NCBI GenBank assembly: GCA_048013815.1
Contig: CM106586.1
Span: 7,688,001-7,752,000, forward strand
DNA: 64,000 nt
Source: Setoptus koraiensis
Lineage: Eukaryota > Animalia > Arthropoda
Direction of reading: 5' to 3'
Shown here: positions 51,966 through 64,000 of the stretch, one piece after another
Numbering within the stretch: position 1 is the first letter of the stretch
Layout: every line of letters begins with the position of its first letter
Position numbers and translations under genes: made by a program
The notes under the pieces: generated by a model
The model's database searches: none
Told to the model about the DNA's origin: nothing
The model's input: only the letters and a program-made list of their open reading frames with translations

Positions 51966-53391
51966 GCGAGAATTTGACTGACAATTGTGAGACTGGTGGC
52001 GGATATTCACAGCCGACGGGCCCGAATGTCACATTCGGAATGTGCGCCGGTGCGACACTCGCACCGCCACAATGCACGTGCAAAAAAGTCTTGAGTGGCC
52101 TGTCCAATTTGCGAACGGCTCGCTCATTGAGCTGCGCCTCTCGTTATCAGGCCTGACATAATGATCCGATGATCATGATCATATGATTATGTCACCGCTG
52201 ACATAATCATATGACGATAATCATAACGCTGACTAAAATATGGAAGCAGAAACAACTCGACGGAAGCGGCTTGCCACTGACACTTGACGCGCGCCGTCAC
52301 GATGCACACACCGAGGCGACACGGCAAGTGTCACAGGAGTCAGTGGCAAAATCAATGAGGCCCCGCAATAATAACTCCAATGGAATGTGTGACGTTGTCG
52401 TGGTGGCCGTGTCGATCAGCTGACCATGACAGCGGCACCGCGAGCGAGTGGTCAGAGTGTTGTTTTGTTGTCCGTTTTTTGCTGTTTGTTGTTTATTGTT
52501 CGTTGTTCGTTGTTTGTTGTTCGTTGTTCGTTGCTTGTTGTTTGTTGATCGCATACGCGGACAGGACGTTGCCGTGTCGTAATTGGGATTGCGCAACGAG
52601 TCATTAATTGATTACGCGAGCAGCTCATCGGACGGCACGCGCACACAACGCGTGCAAGAGGGGCCAGCGCGCGTTGAGAGACTGCGTGCGCTAATTCAAA
52701 CAGTCCCACAGACACAAACAGCACGGTGAGCGAGTGGTCAGCGGCCACTCGCTGACAGCGCTGTCATCGTCAGCTGATCGTGGCCGATCAGCTGACGACG
52801 CTGCACTGATACTAACAAGTTGTTAGGCTGGCGACACAACAGCAACAGCAGCAACAGCGGCGGCGCCCAATAACAATGAGCTGACGCTCGAGTGTGTTTG
52901 CGTCAACTTGCATTGCATCATCGTCACGATGATGTCGTCATAGTCACCGTGAGCGTCATCAGTGAACGTGCTTATGAATGAGAATTGGGGCCCCATTTGA
53001 GCAATATGGATTAGCTGCTGCTGCTGCTGCTCGTGCAAGTCGCAGTTTGTGGACTTATTATCGGTGGCACAGTGGCGAGGCGCAGCCAACTGGCAAAAAG
53101 AAACGCAATGGAAATATCTTGTCTTGAACCACTCAACAGTGTTACGCACTCACCAGTGTTACGCAATCTTGTTAGCTTGCTCGACATTGTGGCTGCTGGC
53201 GCCTTTGCACGTGCGTGCCTACAATGATTTATAACAGCCCAACACGGGACAGGTGAATGGCGGAGATGATTGATTCTTTTTGTAGCTCGTTGTTGTGCCT
53301 GCGTCTCTGCCAGAGATTCTCTAGCCGAGCCACTAACGACACCGCGCCGCTCTCAACTGACAACAGTCTCATAGTGGCAACACTGTTCGCT

Positions 53392-53470
53392 GGCCAGACT
53401 GTTCGCTGGCCAGACTGTTCGCTGGCTAGACTGTTCGCTGCCAAGACTGTTCGCTGGCAAGACTGTTCGC
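53392..53470. repeat. 16-bp tandem repeat x5 (gactgttcgctggcca)
   Basis: cactgttcgctggcca gactgttcgctggcca gactgttcgctggcta gactgttcgctgccaa gactgttcgctggcaa gactgttcgc. Confidence 0.92.
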
Positions 53471-55414
53471 AGTTGCCGGCGGCCGAGACGCTTGCGTAAT
53501 CTCGGCAAGCAACTCACTGCAGCGCTGTGTGTGCGACATGACTCATATGGCACGAGAGCTGGCCGACCCACATTCTTGTACTTGACAGTGTACAGCGTGT
53601 ATGCACCGTGTATACACGTGCACAAAACAGTATGTACACTGTGTATCGCTATCTGGAGTCCAGACAGAGCGGCCACCGAGACGAAACGGAACAAAGCGAA
53701 CGAAAGTGACCAGTGCGAAGCTTCTTTTTGCCGCGTGCCAACCGAAGGAATCGCGCGCCGAGCTCGTCGGCGCGATTCTTGGTCATTGATGACGAGCGCA
53801 ACAACCATCAAATTAATGCCGCCGTCTCGCGAGCTTGTTGTGCCACTTGTTTCACTTGTCATGTACAAACTTGAGCCCGCTGCTGTCGCTGATTGTTGCC
53901 GCGCCCGCCGTCCGATTGCCGTCCGATTGCCGCCCGATTGTCGCCGAACAGGCAACAACCAACTACAACCAGCGATCGGCAACTGGCAACGACCGGCGAC
54001 AACCAACTGCAACGACCGGCCAGAGGAACGGGCAAAAAGCGAGCGCGGCAACGGGGCCCAATGTGCCGATAAGTAGCGCCGATAGCGACCCGACTCGAGC
54101 GAGTTAGTGCGACTGCAACATGTTTACGCTACACTGGCTCGCTCGCAACTGTGCGCCCTGACAGGCTCAAACAGCGATTCGGGCCGCTCGTTGCGAGCCG
54201 CTCAAAAATTGCAAAAATGCGCGCTCCGTGACAGATCGCCGCTATGCGCTCCCCGTGGCACACCTCGCTACCAGCGAGACTCTCGCCACGAGAGGCGGCG
54301 AGACTCTCGCTACAAGATACAGAGAGAGAGCGCATAGCGACCATTGCGATGCGCCGCGCTGTGCGCGGCAGCCAGCGCGGGCACAGTGCATCGGACAGTG
54401 CGCTCTCTCGCTTGCGTGCTCGCCGCAGTCGCTATACGCCGCTGCACAGCACTGTGCGCACATACTACACACATACTTGTACAATGTGCGTTTTTTCAGT
54501 GTACATAGTAGCACAAAGTGCTGCGCGCTCTGCAGCGCATAGCGACACGCAGCTCGCCACTGACAGTCGCACAGTGACGGGCAGTCGGACAGAGGGCGAC
54601 CCACTCAGGTGAGCAGTGCGCGCTCACCTGTGCGCCTGTGACGGCCCGCTTGCTCGCTGCCAACGCGATAACGGGCCGGAGTGGGCGCCACGCGGCGGGC
54701 CGGACCGGCTGAGTGTGTGTCGCGGCAGAGCCCATCCGCGAGACAGAGTGACTGCTCGTGCGGGCGCACGAGCGACTCTCTGCCACAGTGACAGTTACTT
54801 ACACCATTATGTAAGTTACATAACTGTGTGTCGCAAGCGCGCACGATACACACATATCTCATCATAATATTGCGCAACAACACGCGCGGCTGATGTGCGA
54901 CGGGATTTGAATGCTGTTCGCTGTCACTCACTCACGCGAGCCCCACTTGTGCCGCGTTAGTTGTGCCGCATAAGTTGTGCCGCACAAGTTGTGCCGCGTA
55001 AGTTGTGCCGCGTAAGTTGTGCGCCCACCCGGGCAGCGCGGGTAGCGCGGGCGGCAGGCGGCGGGCGGCGGGTAGGACAGGTGAGCGAGCGCCAGGTGAG
55101 CAATGCAGCTGCCGGTGACTTACGCTTGTTATACTTGTTAGCCGCGCTGCGGCGAAACGGCCAACTGCAGTGCCGGCCGACTGGCGAGCTGGCGTGCAAA
55201 CACACAAACACACTAACATAGTAACCGTTAGGGACGGTTGGCAGCCAGCATGCACTTGTTAGCCGGTTGGCCCGTTTGGCGGCTCAATTGTTCAGCACGC
55301 GCAAACACGTGCCGGCAAAACATATCTGACAATACCGCTGCGTGTATCTGTGCGCATTGTGTGCGCACTTGCACGACAATTGTGCACTTGCAACGGGGCG
55401 CTATTTTGGGCCCC

Positions 55415-55494
55415 GTTACGTAATATGTGAGTTACGTAATATGTGAGTTACGTAGTATGCGAGTTACGTAGTATGCGAGTTACGTAGTATGCGA
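55415..55494. repeat. 16-bp tandem repeat x5 (gttacgtaatatgtga x2, gttacgtagtatgcga x3)
   Basis: Two identical-copy blocks. The first two units contain a perfect GTTACGTAAT. Confidence 0.95.
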
Positions 55495-58199
55495 GGGGGG
55501 CCTATATTGGCGCTAACAGCTAATGCGTGTAGTTGTTGCAGGGGCAACGCGGCCACTAGCGGCCCGGACCAGGCACGCGGATAACGCGGTAAAGTGGCGC
55601 TCAACGGGTAACGGCGAAATTGCAAAACGGCACAGACGGATAGCGGTAAAGTTTGATTAGTGTGAGCAGCGAGTGCATTAGCGAGCGAGCGAGCAGCCGC
55701 GGCGCGAGTTGTCAAACTTTGTCGACTCGAGTGCCGCAAACGAAACCAATTGGCTCAATTGGCCAGCCAGCGTATCGCTGTCGTTGGCTCGCCAACTCGC
55801 TGGCCCGCGAACCCCGACGCTACCTGCCGCCAACTGTTCGCGCGCTGCTCGGCCTGTTCGTGCGCCGCTCGCTGGGTGCGCTATGTGCCGGCCGAGCGAG
55901 CGGGGCGCATATTCAAAATCATTGAAGCAGTTAAATCAAGTTATGCAATTCGCGCCCATTTGCGCAGCAAGTCAATTGCGCCTAGCGGCCCGGCGGACGA
56001 CTCAGCGCGCCCGCCTCGGCATGTTTTAAATCATTTTGCATCATTCCAACATCATCATCATTTTGCGTATATAAATACGCGCATACATATAGACGCACGT
56101 TTCGTTTGGGCCGCTATGCGCGTTTGCGCCGCTTTGCGCGCTCGTGCCGCCGTCCGCCAGCTCGTGCAAAACGCGTGCACCGTCGCTTGCTCGCTCGCTC
56201 GTTGCCATATGCAAATTTTGTCCGTGTTTTTGTCTGATACGGCAATACGCCACGCGACAGTTAAGTGTCGCCGTCGCTAAGAAAGTATCAAGATGGCGGC
56301 CGCACTGCCAATTACACGAATGTGTTAACTCGCGCTCTCGCCGCCAGTCGCCCGCCGCCGGTCGCTCGCCGCCAGTCGCTCGCTGTCGGCCGCTCGCTGT
56401 CGGCCGGTCGTTGCGGCCAGTTGGCTGTTGCCGCCAGTCCGGGCCGGGCCGGCAAGTGCTCCGGTCCGACTGCGGCCGCTGCGCTGTCTAAGGCGCCCCC
56501 GCCGGCCGTCATGTCCGCCGCCGGCCGTCATGTCCGCCGCCGACCGTTGACAATCGTTGTTTTATACAACTGGCCGTCTGACGACGGGCCGGCTGGCCGG
56601 CGAAATGTTTTATTGTCGCCGGCGAGGGCCATCGTGGCGCTTTCGTCGGCCTTTGTGGGCCGTTTTGGCCGGACTTTTGGGGCGCCTCGTCGACTTGTCC
56701 AGATCATTATCGATCGCATGAAACAAGTCGCTGCCTCGTTGTTGTTTCTGTCTGCTCCCTCGGCTCGCAAATCTGATCTGGCCGATCTCAAATGGCCGCT
56801 GCTCGCTTGCTCGAGCGAAGTAGCTCTCCGCTCGCCAGTTCGCCAGCTCGCAGACTGCGACTCGGACACCGCGACTCGGACACTGCGACTCGGACATTGC
56901 GACTCGGGCGTCTCCCGCTCGGGCATCTCCCACTCGGAGGCTCGCAGTCGCGTGCGCTCCGTCAATCGGACGCTCGGACAGCCGGACACTAGGGCGGCCG
57001 GACTCTCGGGCAGTCGGACAAGACCGGACAAGACCGGACAAGGCTGGGCAAGACCGGGCGAAAGCGGCCCGCGGCCGGGCGACAATGGTCAATATTTAAA
57101 GTGGCGCCACTGGCGGCAGCAAATCAAACTGGGCACACGTGTCGCAACAGCAATCCAATTGTGTCCGCCGGCCAGGCACAATTGCAATTCTTCCCCGGGC
57201 CCCGTCATTTAAAATGAGCGCGCCGGTGATCAATTGGCGCCATTGCAAGCATCTCCTAACGACTGCCAATGGCAAGCGATTGCTAGCGACCGCCAATGCT
57301 AAGCGATGCTAACAAAGCGCCAGTGAGCGACGGGCCCCAGTTGTTGTGCTCAAATGGGGTGCTGCTTTTAGCGGGACGTGTCGTTCAATTTTAAACGCAT
57401 TCAATTCAATTCAAAGCCGACAATGTTGCCAGTTGCGTAACACGTGCTGGCGTGTCGCGCACGGACATGCAAATTGGGTGTACTTATGGGTGAGAGAAAG
57501 AATTCGTTCGTTCGCTTTGGACTTCAGAAAGTTTGAAGAGAGTTCATGTTTTAAAGCGCGACAATGGGCCACTCACAAGTTTGACGTAACTTGCGAGCCA
57601 AACTTGTGAGCGAGATGGCGATGATTTCAGCGAACGGTGTCTTATAATATCATGATAATATCACCATGATAATATGAGCATATCAACGGCGATCATTTAT
57701 CAATCGAGCAACACGATGGGATCGTTTCTTGATTGGCGACTGGTGCGATTGTCTCTATCTGGGCCAGATAATCTGGCCCGCTCGCGAGGCCAGCCAAACA
57801 CCAATGAGCGATGAATTAAATAGAGAAACTCGGTTGAAATCGGCCACGAATCATTGGTGACGAATGTTTCACAACCGGCGAAATGTTTCAACTGGCACCA
57901 TGTTATGGCGGCCATAGCGGCCCACATCAATTATTGCGTCCTTATGGCGAGTTGAGTCACCAAGATGGGACATTTCCGATGACAGCTCCTCTAGTGGAGA
58001 AATACGCGCGCTGCAAAATGCAAAGACGACCGGCCAAGGCGACACCTCGACCTCGGCGCCTCACGGCTCAGGCAAACCCAACAATAACGAGCCGATCAGG
58101 ATAAGCAAACAAACGTTGCCAAAAATCCGGAAAAACAACAAAAAAGCAGCTAGGCCCAGGTTAAAATCTAACCGTTAAATGCAACTTATGCGCTAATGA

Positions 58200-58654
58200 C
58201 GATATCCATCAATATCGCTAGTGGTTCGGCCTATTTGCACTTTCTCTATCGGTGCATTAAACGCAGGGAGACACCCGAACGCAGCCGGATGTTGCGTATC
58301 TCCCACTCCCAACTGGCTCTGCGAACTCTTTCAGGGTGCCCAGCGTCAGCGCTCCCTATAAAGGGCGAGCTCCTAGGGAGAGTCCGTCTCACTGTTGAAC
58401 AAAACACACGCAAAACATATTTATACGTCTGTGGCCGATTCGGATTATGACATAACTGCCAGTTATTGACTGGCAGTTATGGCATGATCGCAGTTAAGGC
58501 AGAAATCGCCAGAAATCAAGAAGAGAGTATTTTGGGTTGGCGCGACCCGAAAATACGCCCACCCCGGTCACGATTTAGCGATCGGGTATCTACCGGGGTA
58601 TTTAAGACGTCGAGCTGTGCGACTAGAGCTGTCACCGGAAAGCTTTAGTCGCAC
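58200..58654 (+). ncRNA. Candidate structured non-coding element (chain of stem-loops), family unknown
   Basis: Stems read by eye: 58266-58304, 58313-58343, 58352-58380, 58443-58489 (13-bp perfect core, 21 bp with 1 mismatch), 58527-58556, 58561-58599, 58617-58654 (14 bp contiguous). Non-repetitive composition, unlike the flanks. No expression evidence. Confidence 0.35.
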
Positions 58655-61600
58655 CTTTAATTGGGTACATTTACAGCTCAACACAGTCGGTCGGTTGTTG
58701 TGAGAGGCGCAAGTGATTTAACAGGTTGCTCGGGCAAAGGTGAGCTAAGGTGAGTTGTTGCGTGCACCTGAAGGGAGCGCCACTGTGTTGAGTGGCATGT
58801 TATGTCAATTGGTGATTGTTTCTCTGACTGTCGGCCCCTCGTTTCCAATGGCCGTCAGTTGGAGTTCGGGTTTCCGGCCGCCTGCAACTCACTCACTCGG
58901 CTCAAATTGTCGCCCAAATCGGCCGATTGGCCCAATTGGGGCCCGACTTTCCAAATTGTCGCCCGAATTGTCGGCCGAATTGTCGGCCGAATTGTTGCCA
59001 AGAAGACGAAGAGCGTTCGTTGCCCATTTGACCTAATTATATCAGATGATTGATGGTGCAAATAGGACGACAAATGCAACGGCGCCACTGTCAAGCGGCA
59101 CAATGTTTGGCCCGCCGACACAACAAAAGAGCGCAATTGTCCCGGCAAAGCGATATGACCTCGCCACTCACATGCGAGTCGCCCAGTTGCAATCTGTTAA
59201 TATGAAACAGATAAAAATGTTACGTGCACAGGTAAAGTTTCATTTGTGTCGAGTGGCGCCAGTTGTGGGGCGCCATTGTTGCGAGTGCTGCCGCTGCCAC
59301 AGCAACCGCAACAAACACAATAAGTGGCCAAAAGCTGCCAAATTTGAGCTGCGGCAAGAAGAAAATTGAAACTGAACGAAAATTGATCTTGTCGCGCCAA
59401 ATTGATTCCGCTCTCGAGCCGTCAAAACGTGACTCGCTCGCCAGCGGTCAGTGCCCATAATCACTGGCGATTCTTCAGTGCCGACCGGTGGGCCCCATCG
59501 TCGACATTGCCGATTGGCAGTGTCGACTCGACGCTGTCGAGGGCCGAGCGAGCGCCAGATTCCGACGACCCTGACGATTCCGGCGATTCTGAGTCAGAAT
59601 TTCTGACCACAACGGCTGACCACAACGGCGGACGATCGCACGCAGCGCCAAACAAGCGATGTTTGCTCGCCTGTCTGCCGTCTTGAAACTTTGCATATCT
59701 CGTCGATGGGACCCCGTCGACGGGGCCAAGCCACACTCACACCGTGAATTCCGCAATTGATCACACTTGGGCCTCGCTCGAGGTGCAACCTGGTCCGGCT
59801 GTCCGGTCTCACTGGCCGGTCGGTCGAGCCAACGCTGCAGGTTGAGCGGGCCTCGCCAACCGACCAACTGACCGACCCGACAACCGACCGGCCCGACAAA
59901 TGACCGGCCAAATGCGACCGAATGGACCGGTGTCGCCGGTCACCAGTCACAGACATTTGCCAAATAGACTGGCAGTGGGCTGGCTGGCCAATATTTGTTT
60001 TTGACTGGGCGACTAATAACTGGTATTAGTGGCCTAGATTAGTGCGCCCATTTATCACTGGTGCGTCGCTTGCCCCAACTCAACTGGACAACTTGTCCGA
60101 GATAAGTGACTGGCGAGCCGACTGACGGGCCTCGCGAGCCCTGAGCAGCGTTGATTGCGTGAGGCCGATAACTGCAACTACAAACGGACAAATGGCTGGA
60201 CGGACAAATGGATAACTGGGCAAACGGACAAGCGGACGGACAAGCGGACAAACGGATAAACGGATAAGCGCACAAATGGATAAATGGAGATGCTTATGGT
60301 TACAACTGCAATCTCCATTGCTGTTGTTTGTGGCCAGCACTCGACAATTGTTTGTTTGTTTGCATTGGTCAAGTCGGTCAAGTGTCGCTCCGTCGCTCTC
60401 CCATTGGGAGACAATTGGGAGTGGGAATCAAACGGGGCGACCGATTCGGGCGACTTGATAGCCGTTTCCAATGGAGACGCGCACGCCACGCCGCGCCAAA
60501 CAATATTCATAATAAATAATTAATGCCAGCGCGCGCGAATCAATAACTAACAACAATAACTCACTCAGGCCACTCAAGTGGCCGACTGGACAAGCTCATC
60601 CGGTTGCCTGGTGCACCTAGCGCCGTTAGCGACTCGCTCATGGCGCTCATGGCGAGCGCCAGCACAAGCCAACCGTTGAGGGGAGCGCGAATTGCTGAAG
60701 GGAGCAGCCACAAGGTGACCACCGGCGACAGAGTCGGGTTATAGTTGGCGATCGGACTGACAACTGGCGGCACTTATATATACAATGTTATACAATGTTG
60801 TGCAACTGGCTGTGGCAATCATTGGCAGTTATATAACGCACACAATGACAAGACGCTCCGGTTGGCACTTGATATTAACTAACTGGCGTTGAGTAGACAA
60901 AGACAATTTATGTGGCCGCATTGTGCGTGTGTGCCGGTGGCACCAATTTGGCGGGCCGGATAATGGACATATCGCACACGATCGAGGCAGCCCGACACAC
61001 ACGACAGAGACCGTGCGCGACCGTGGCCCGGCGAGCCCATTGAGACGGCCGAGACAGCCGAGACGACCGAGACGACCGAGACGACGACAGCGGCGCGCAC
61101 AAACGGTGCGCCCATTGTCCGTGAGCCGGCCACTAGCGCCAATTGCAACGGTTGCCGGACACTGGTCAGTTCGGGCTCGCCGGCCAGCGCCGAGACCAGC
61201 AGCCAGTGGCGAGACCAGCGGCCAGTGGCGAGGCCAGCGGGGCCCGTGGCGCCAAAGTGGGCAGGTTGCGGCAAGTGCCACTTTGCAGCTGTGCCATGGT
61301 CGACGCGGCGCGTCGGTCGCAAAAACGCACTGAATGGCGCACAAAGACGGATATGTGTTTAAAATTACTGTCGACGCCGGCCCGTGCCGCTGTAATGGTC
61401 ACTTTGGCCACTCACACCGGGCGCCAGTCGGCAGTGGCCGGCCACTAGCTACTCACTAGTGACCGCCGGCCGACCAGTGACCGGCGGCCGTCTAGTGGCC
61501 AGTCAATTGAGTGAAGAGCACACACGACAACAATGTCCGACAATGTTGGCCCGACACAATGTGACACCGCGTGTTTTATGGCCCCTGTTTCGCTCGGGCC

Positions 61601-62514
61601 GGTTGTCAATGATCACTGCAAATAGCGGCAGAAGCGGCGCCAACTAGCGCAAACATACGCGCCAGCGCCTAGCTCCGTTCGCGCACTCACAAATAGTGAC
61701 TCACAAATAGTGACTCACAAATAGTGACTCACAATTCGTGAGTCACAATGCGAGCGAGTCTGGCGTCGTGCGGCCGAGCGCGGCCTCGCAGGCTCCCAGT
61801 CGGAGCGTTGCGGCCGGGCCGCATTTGCGTGGGGCGCGGGCCCGCTGGCGGGCAAACGCTGGCGGTCGCCAGAGTGCGTGTGCCCAATGACTTGAAACGT
61901 CGCTGTTTGACTTTGAACAAACACGCCAGCATGCACTCGAGCGGAGCCGCTCGGGCCCGCCAACGACCAGCCAGCCAGCCAGCCAACGAATGAATGAACT
62001 CGCCCGGCCGCCAGCTCGCCCCGCCAGCCGATCGCTACTTGCGACTCGCTAGGTGGCCGGCGCCCGAACCGGCGAGCGCCAGCGACTTTGTACTTTTTGC
62101 ACGCGCCAGCCCGTGCCCGTCTCGTGCCGCTCGCGCCGCCCGCGCACCGCCCGAGTCCCGCTGGCCGAAGTTGGCGCGCGCACTTGCCAGCTACGAGCCG
62201 GCGGCCAGCAAATGGCTGGCGGACAAAAAGAGTTTATTTATATGTGATTCATCTCATTGGCTCGTCCGGCTTGCGACGGCTCGTTTATTTGCCGCGTCGC
62301 TGGCGAGCTAGTTGAGCGTTTCGAGTTTCTGGCCGCAGCCGCTGGCCCCCGCTTCCAGGGGCCCCGGCTCGCGGGCCGGAGCCTGGCAGCCGAGCGAGAG
62401 TCTTGTTTCTGGCGCCAACTTAAGCGATCGTTTGGTCGCTTCGCGCACAAACCCGAGGCCGAGCGTCGCTGCTGTTGACTTGCGTCGATTCGCGCCCGTT
62501 CGCGCCCGTTCGTG

Positions 62515-62599
62515 CCGATTCCTATCGATTCCCGTCGATTCCTATCGATTCCCGTCGATTCCCGTCGATTCCCGCCGATTCCCGCCGATTCCCGTCGGT
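62515..62599. repeat. 10-bp tandem repeat (cgattcccgt-like)
   Basis: cgattcctat cgattcccgt cgattcctat cgattcccgt cgattcccgt cgattcccgc cgattcccgc cgattcccgt. Confidence 0.92.
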
Positions 62600-64000
62600 T
62601 CGGCTCGGCTGGCTCCGATCGGGCGCAGTCCTTGGGGCCCGGCGTGGCGGCTTGCGCGATTCAATTGCGTTCTATTCAATTGAAACTAAACACTCGCCTC
62701 GACCGTTCGCAACAGCCAGCGACGGCGAACGGGTGCCGGTTGACCCGACCAGACACCATTAGCGATCGCTTGTTAGTTGAGTCAGGGGCGACATTGGCGC
62801 CCCTCGCTCACATTCAGCCGAGCAGCCGGCCCGGCCAGCGATCTATCTATCTATCCGTGTGTTTGCACGGGCTGACACTGTGTGGGCCTCGTTCAAACAA
62901 TCAAGTCGCGCACCAGTTTGAAATTGCCAGTTTGCAATGAATGTTGGCCCCTCAAATGATTGATTTCTCTTAATGACCCGCAAGCGGCCGTCCGCCAGGC
63001 CCGGCGCTTAGGTCGGGCTAGATTAGGTCGGTGCGGCGCGGCTCGGCTCTGCTTTAAATAGCTCGGTTCGGCGCGGTGCGGCCACGCTCAGAGCGGGCCG
63101 GTTCGCAACAGTCACTGCTGAACAGTGTGCCGGCCCGGTGGGCCTGCCAATCGTCTAACCGGTGGCCCCCCTGTCTAAAATAACACCGAGCTGACAAGTG
63201 AGATCGCCCGTTTGATGCATTTGTTTGCCGAAAACACGGCGTCACTAAGGGGCGCGCTCGGACCGCGGGCAGCTGTTGTCGCGCACGGCCGTCGTGGGGC
63301 CCAATTTAAAACAAGTTGGCCCCCTATTTGTATACTTTTATTTATATACAAATATAAATAAAGTTGTTTGATGAATTAATCCGTGTTTGACCGGGCGCCT
63401 CAGTGAGCGGCTGCCGGACAGGCGGGCCCCACGAGCCGAGTGTTTTGGTGAGATCGGTTGGGCCGCACTAGCCACTGCCACTAATTAATGAGATCGGGGG
63501 CCCCATCGCGGCCCATGCAATGGTTTCATCACTCACTTACTGGTGCTGGCTGCTTGTTTAAGCGGCCTATTATTAGGCCGGCGTGACATGCCATGGATAG
63601 GGCCACCCAACTAGTGATAGTACTAATGGTGCCCGCGACTAATAGAGTCTAGCCGCGCCGCTGCCAATATCGCCGGGCCCCAGCCAGTTCCGCCCCTCGC
63701 GCGGTCATTATGAATAATGATAAATAGATGGACTCACTTAGGGCCACGCGCACCCGCCGGGCATTGCGTAATGCGGCGGCACCCGCCGTTGCGTAATGCC
63801 GGCTGTATTGGTAGCATCGGTGACCGGTGCTGACCATAGCGGACGGTATCACTGCATACTATGCGGTGCATGAGCGTGCAGTGGCCGCGGTCGCTATGCA
63901 CCGAGCCGAGCCGCGCCGCGCACAACTGTCCGGCCAATCGGCGCTCGCCCGTTCGGTGTCCGGCGGCCCAGACAGCGCGCCAGATATCGGATACGCGGAC

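Noticed and set aside
56265-57212. 315-aa + strand ORF and overlapping minus ORFs
   Set aside because: GC-rich, Arg/Ala/Pro-biased, built from local repeats, with no motif. Stop codons are simply rare here.
58617-58654. GACTA/TAGTC pairing as group I intron P7; CTGAAAGAG on the minus strand as a hammerhead core; TAGTGGTTCG as tRNA boxes
   Set aside because: There is no room for P3/P8/J8-7, no downstream GAAA-stem geometry, and no cloverleaf.

Overview
Eukaryotic (arthropod) genomic DNA. The intron-poor genes, polyQ/N-expanded proteins and uninflatable ortholog suggest a reduced-genome acariform mite (eriophyoid-like); this is inference, not proven. The window has three zones. (1) 1-12.7 kb and 39.4-64 kb are largely non-coding and GC-rich, and are packed with short degenerate tandem duplications and short perfect inverted repeats. 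(2) 12.7-20.4 kb is an AT-rich, gene-dense island: a hidden 4-exon secreted 8-Cys protein gene (-), ORC4 (+), a C-terminally short KRR1 (-), a broken CUB-like remnant (+), a secreted CUB-like protein with a 14-aa Asp/His repeat tail ending HSEL (+), a duplicated KRR1 5' end apparently spliced to new sequence (-), a frameshifted PSMG2/PAC2 (-) and a LITAF-domain gene (-). (3) uninflatable (uif, -, 21099-39372; 3 coding exons, the last 11.7 kb) and the terminal exon of an SK Ca-activated K+ channel (-, 49016-49700), whose upstream intron fills the remaining 14.3 kb or more. No rRNA, tRNA, CRISPR array or transposase/RT ORF was recognised. The best leads are: a roughly 450-nt multi-hairpin island at 58.2-58.65 kb; a window-wide excess of perfect 13-17-bp inverted repeats and stepwise tandem duplications, suggesting a local templated-copy mutational process; the lineage-specific secreted genes and KRR1 duplication in the island; a strong excess of PAR-bZIP (RTTAYGTAAY) sites; and 3'-biased intron loss with an abrupt GC shift inside uif.
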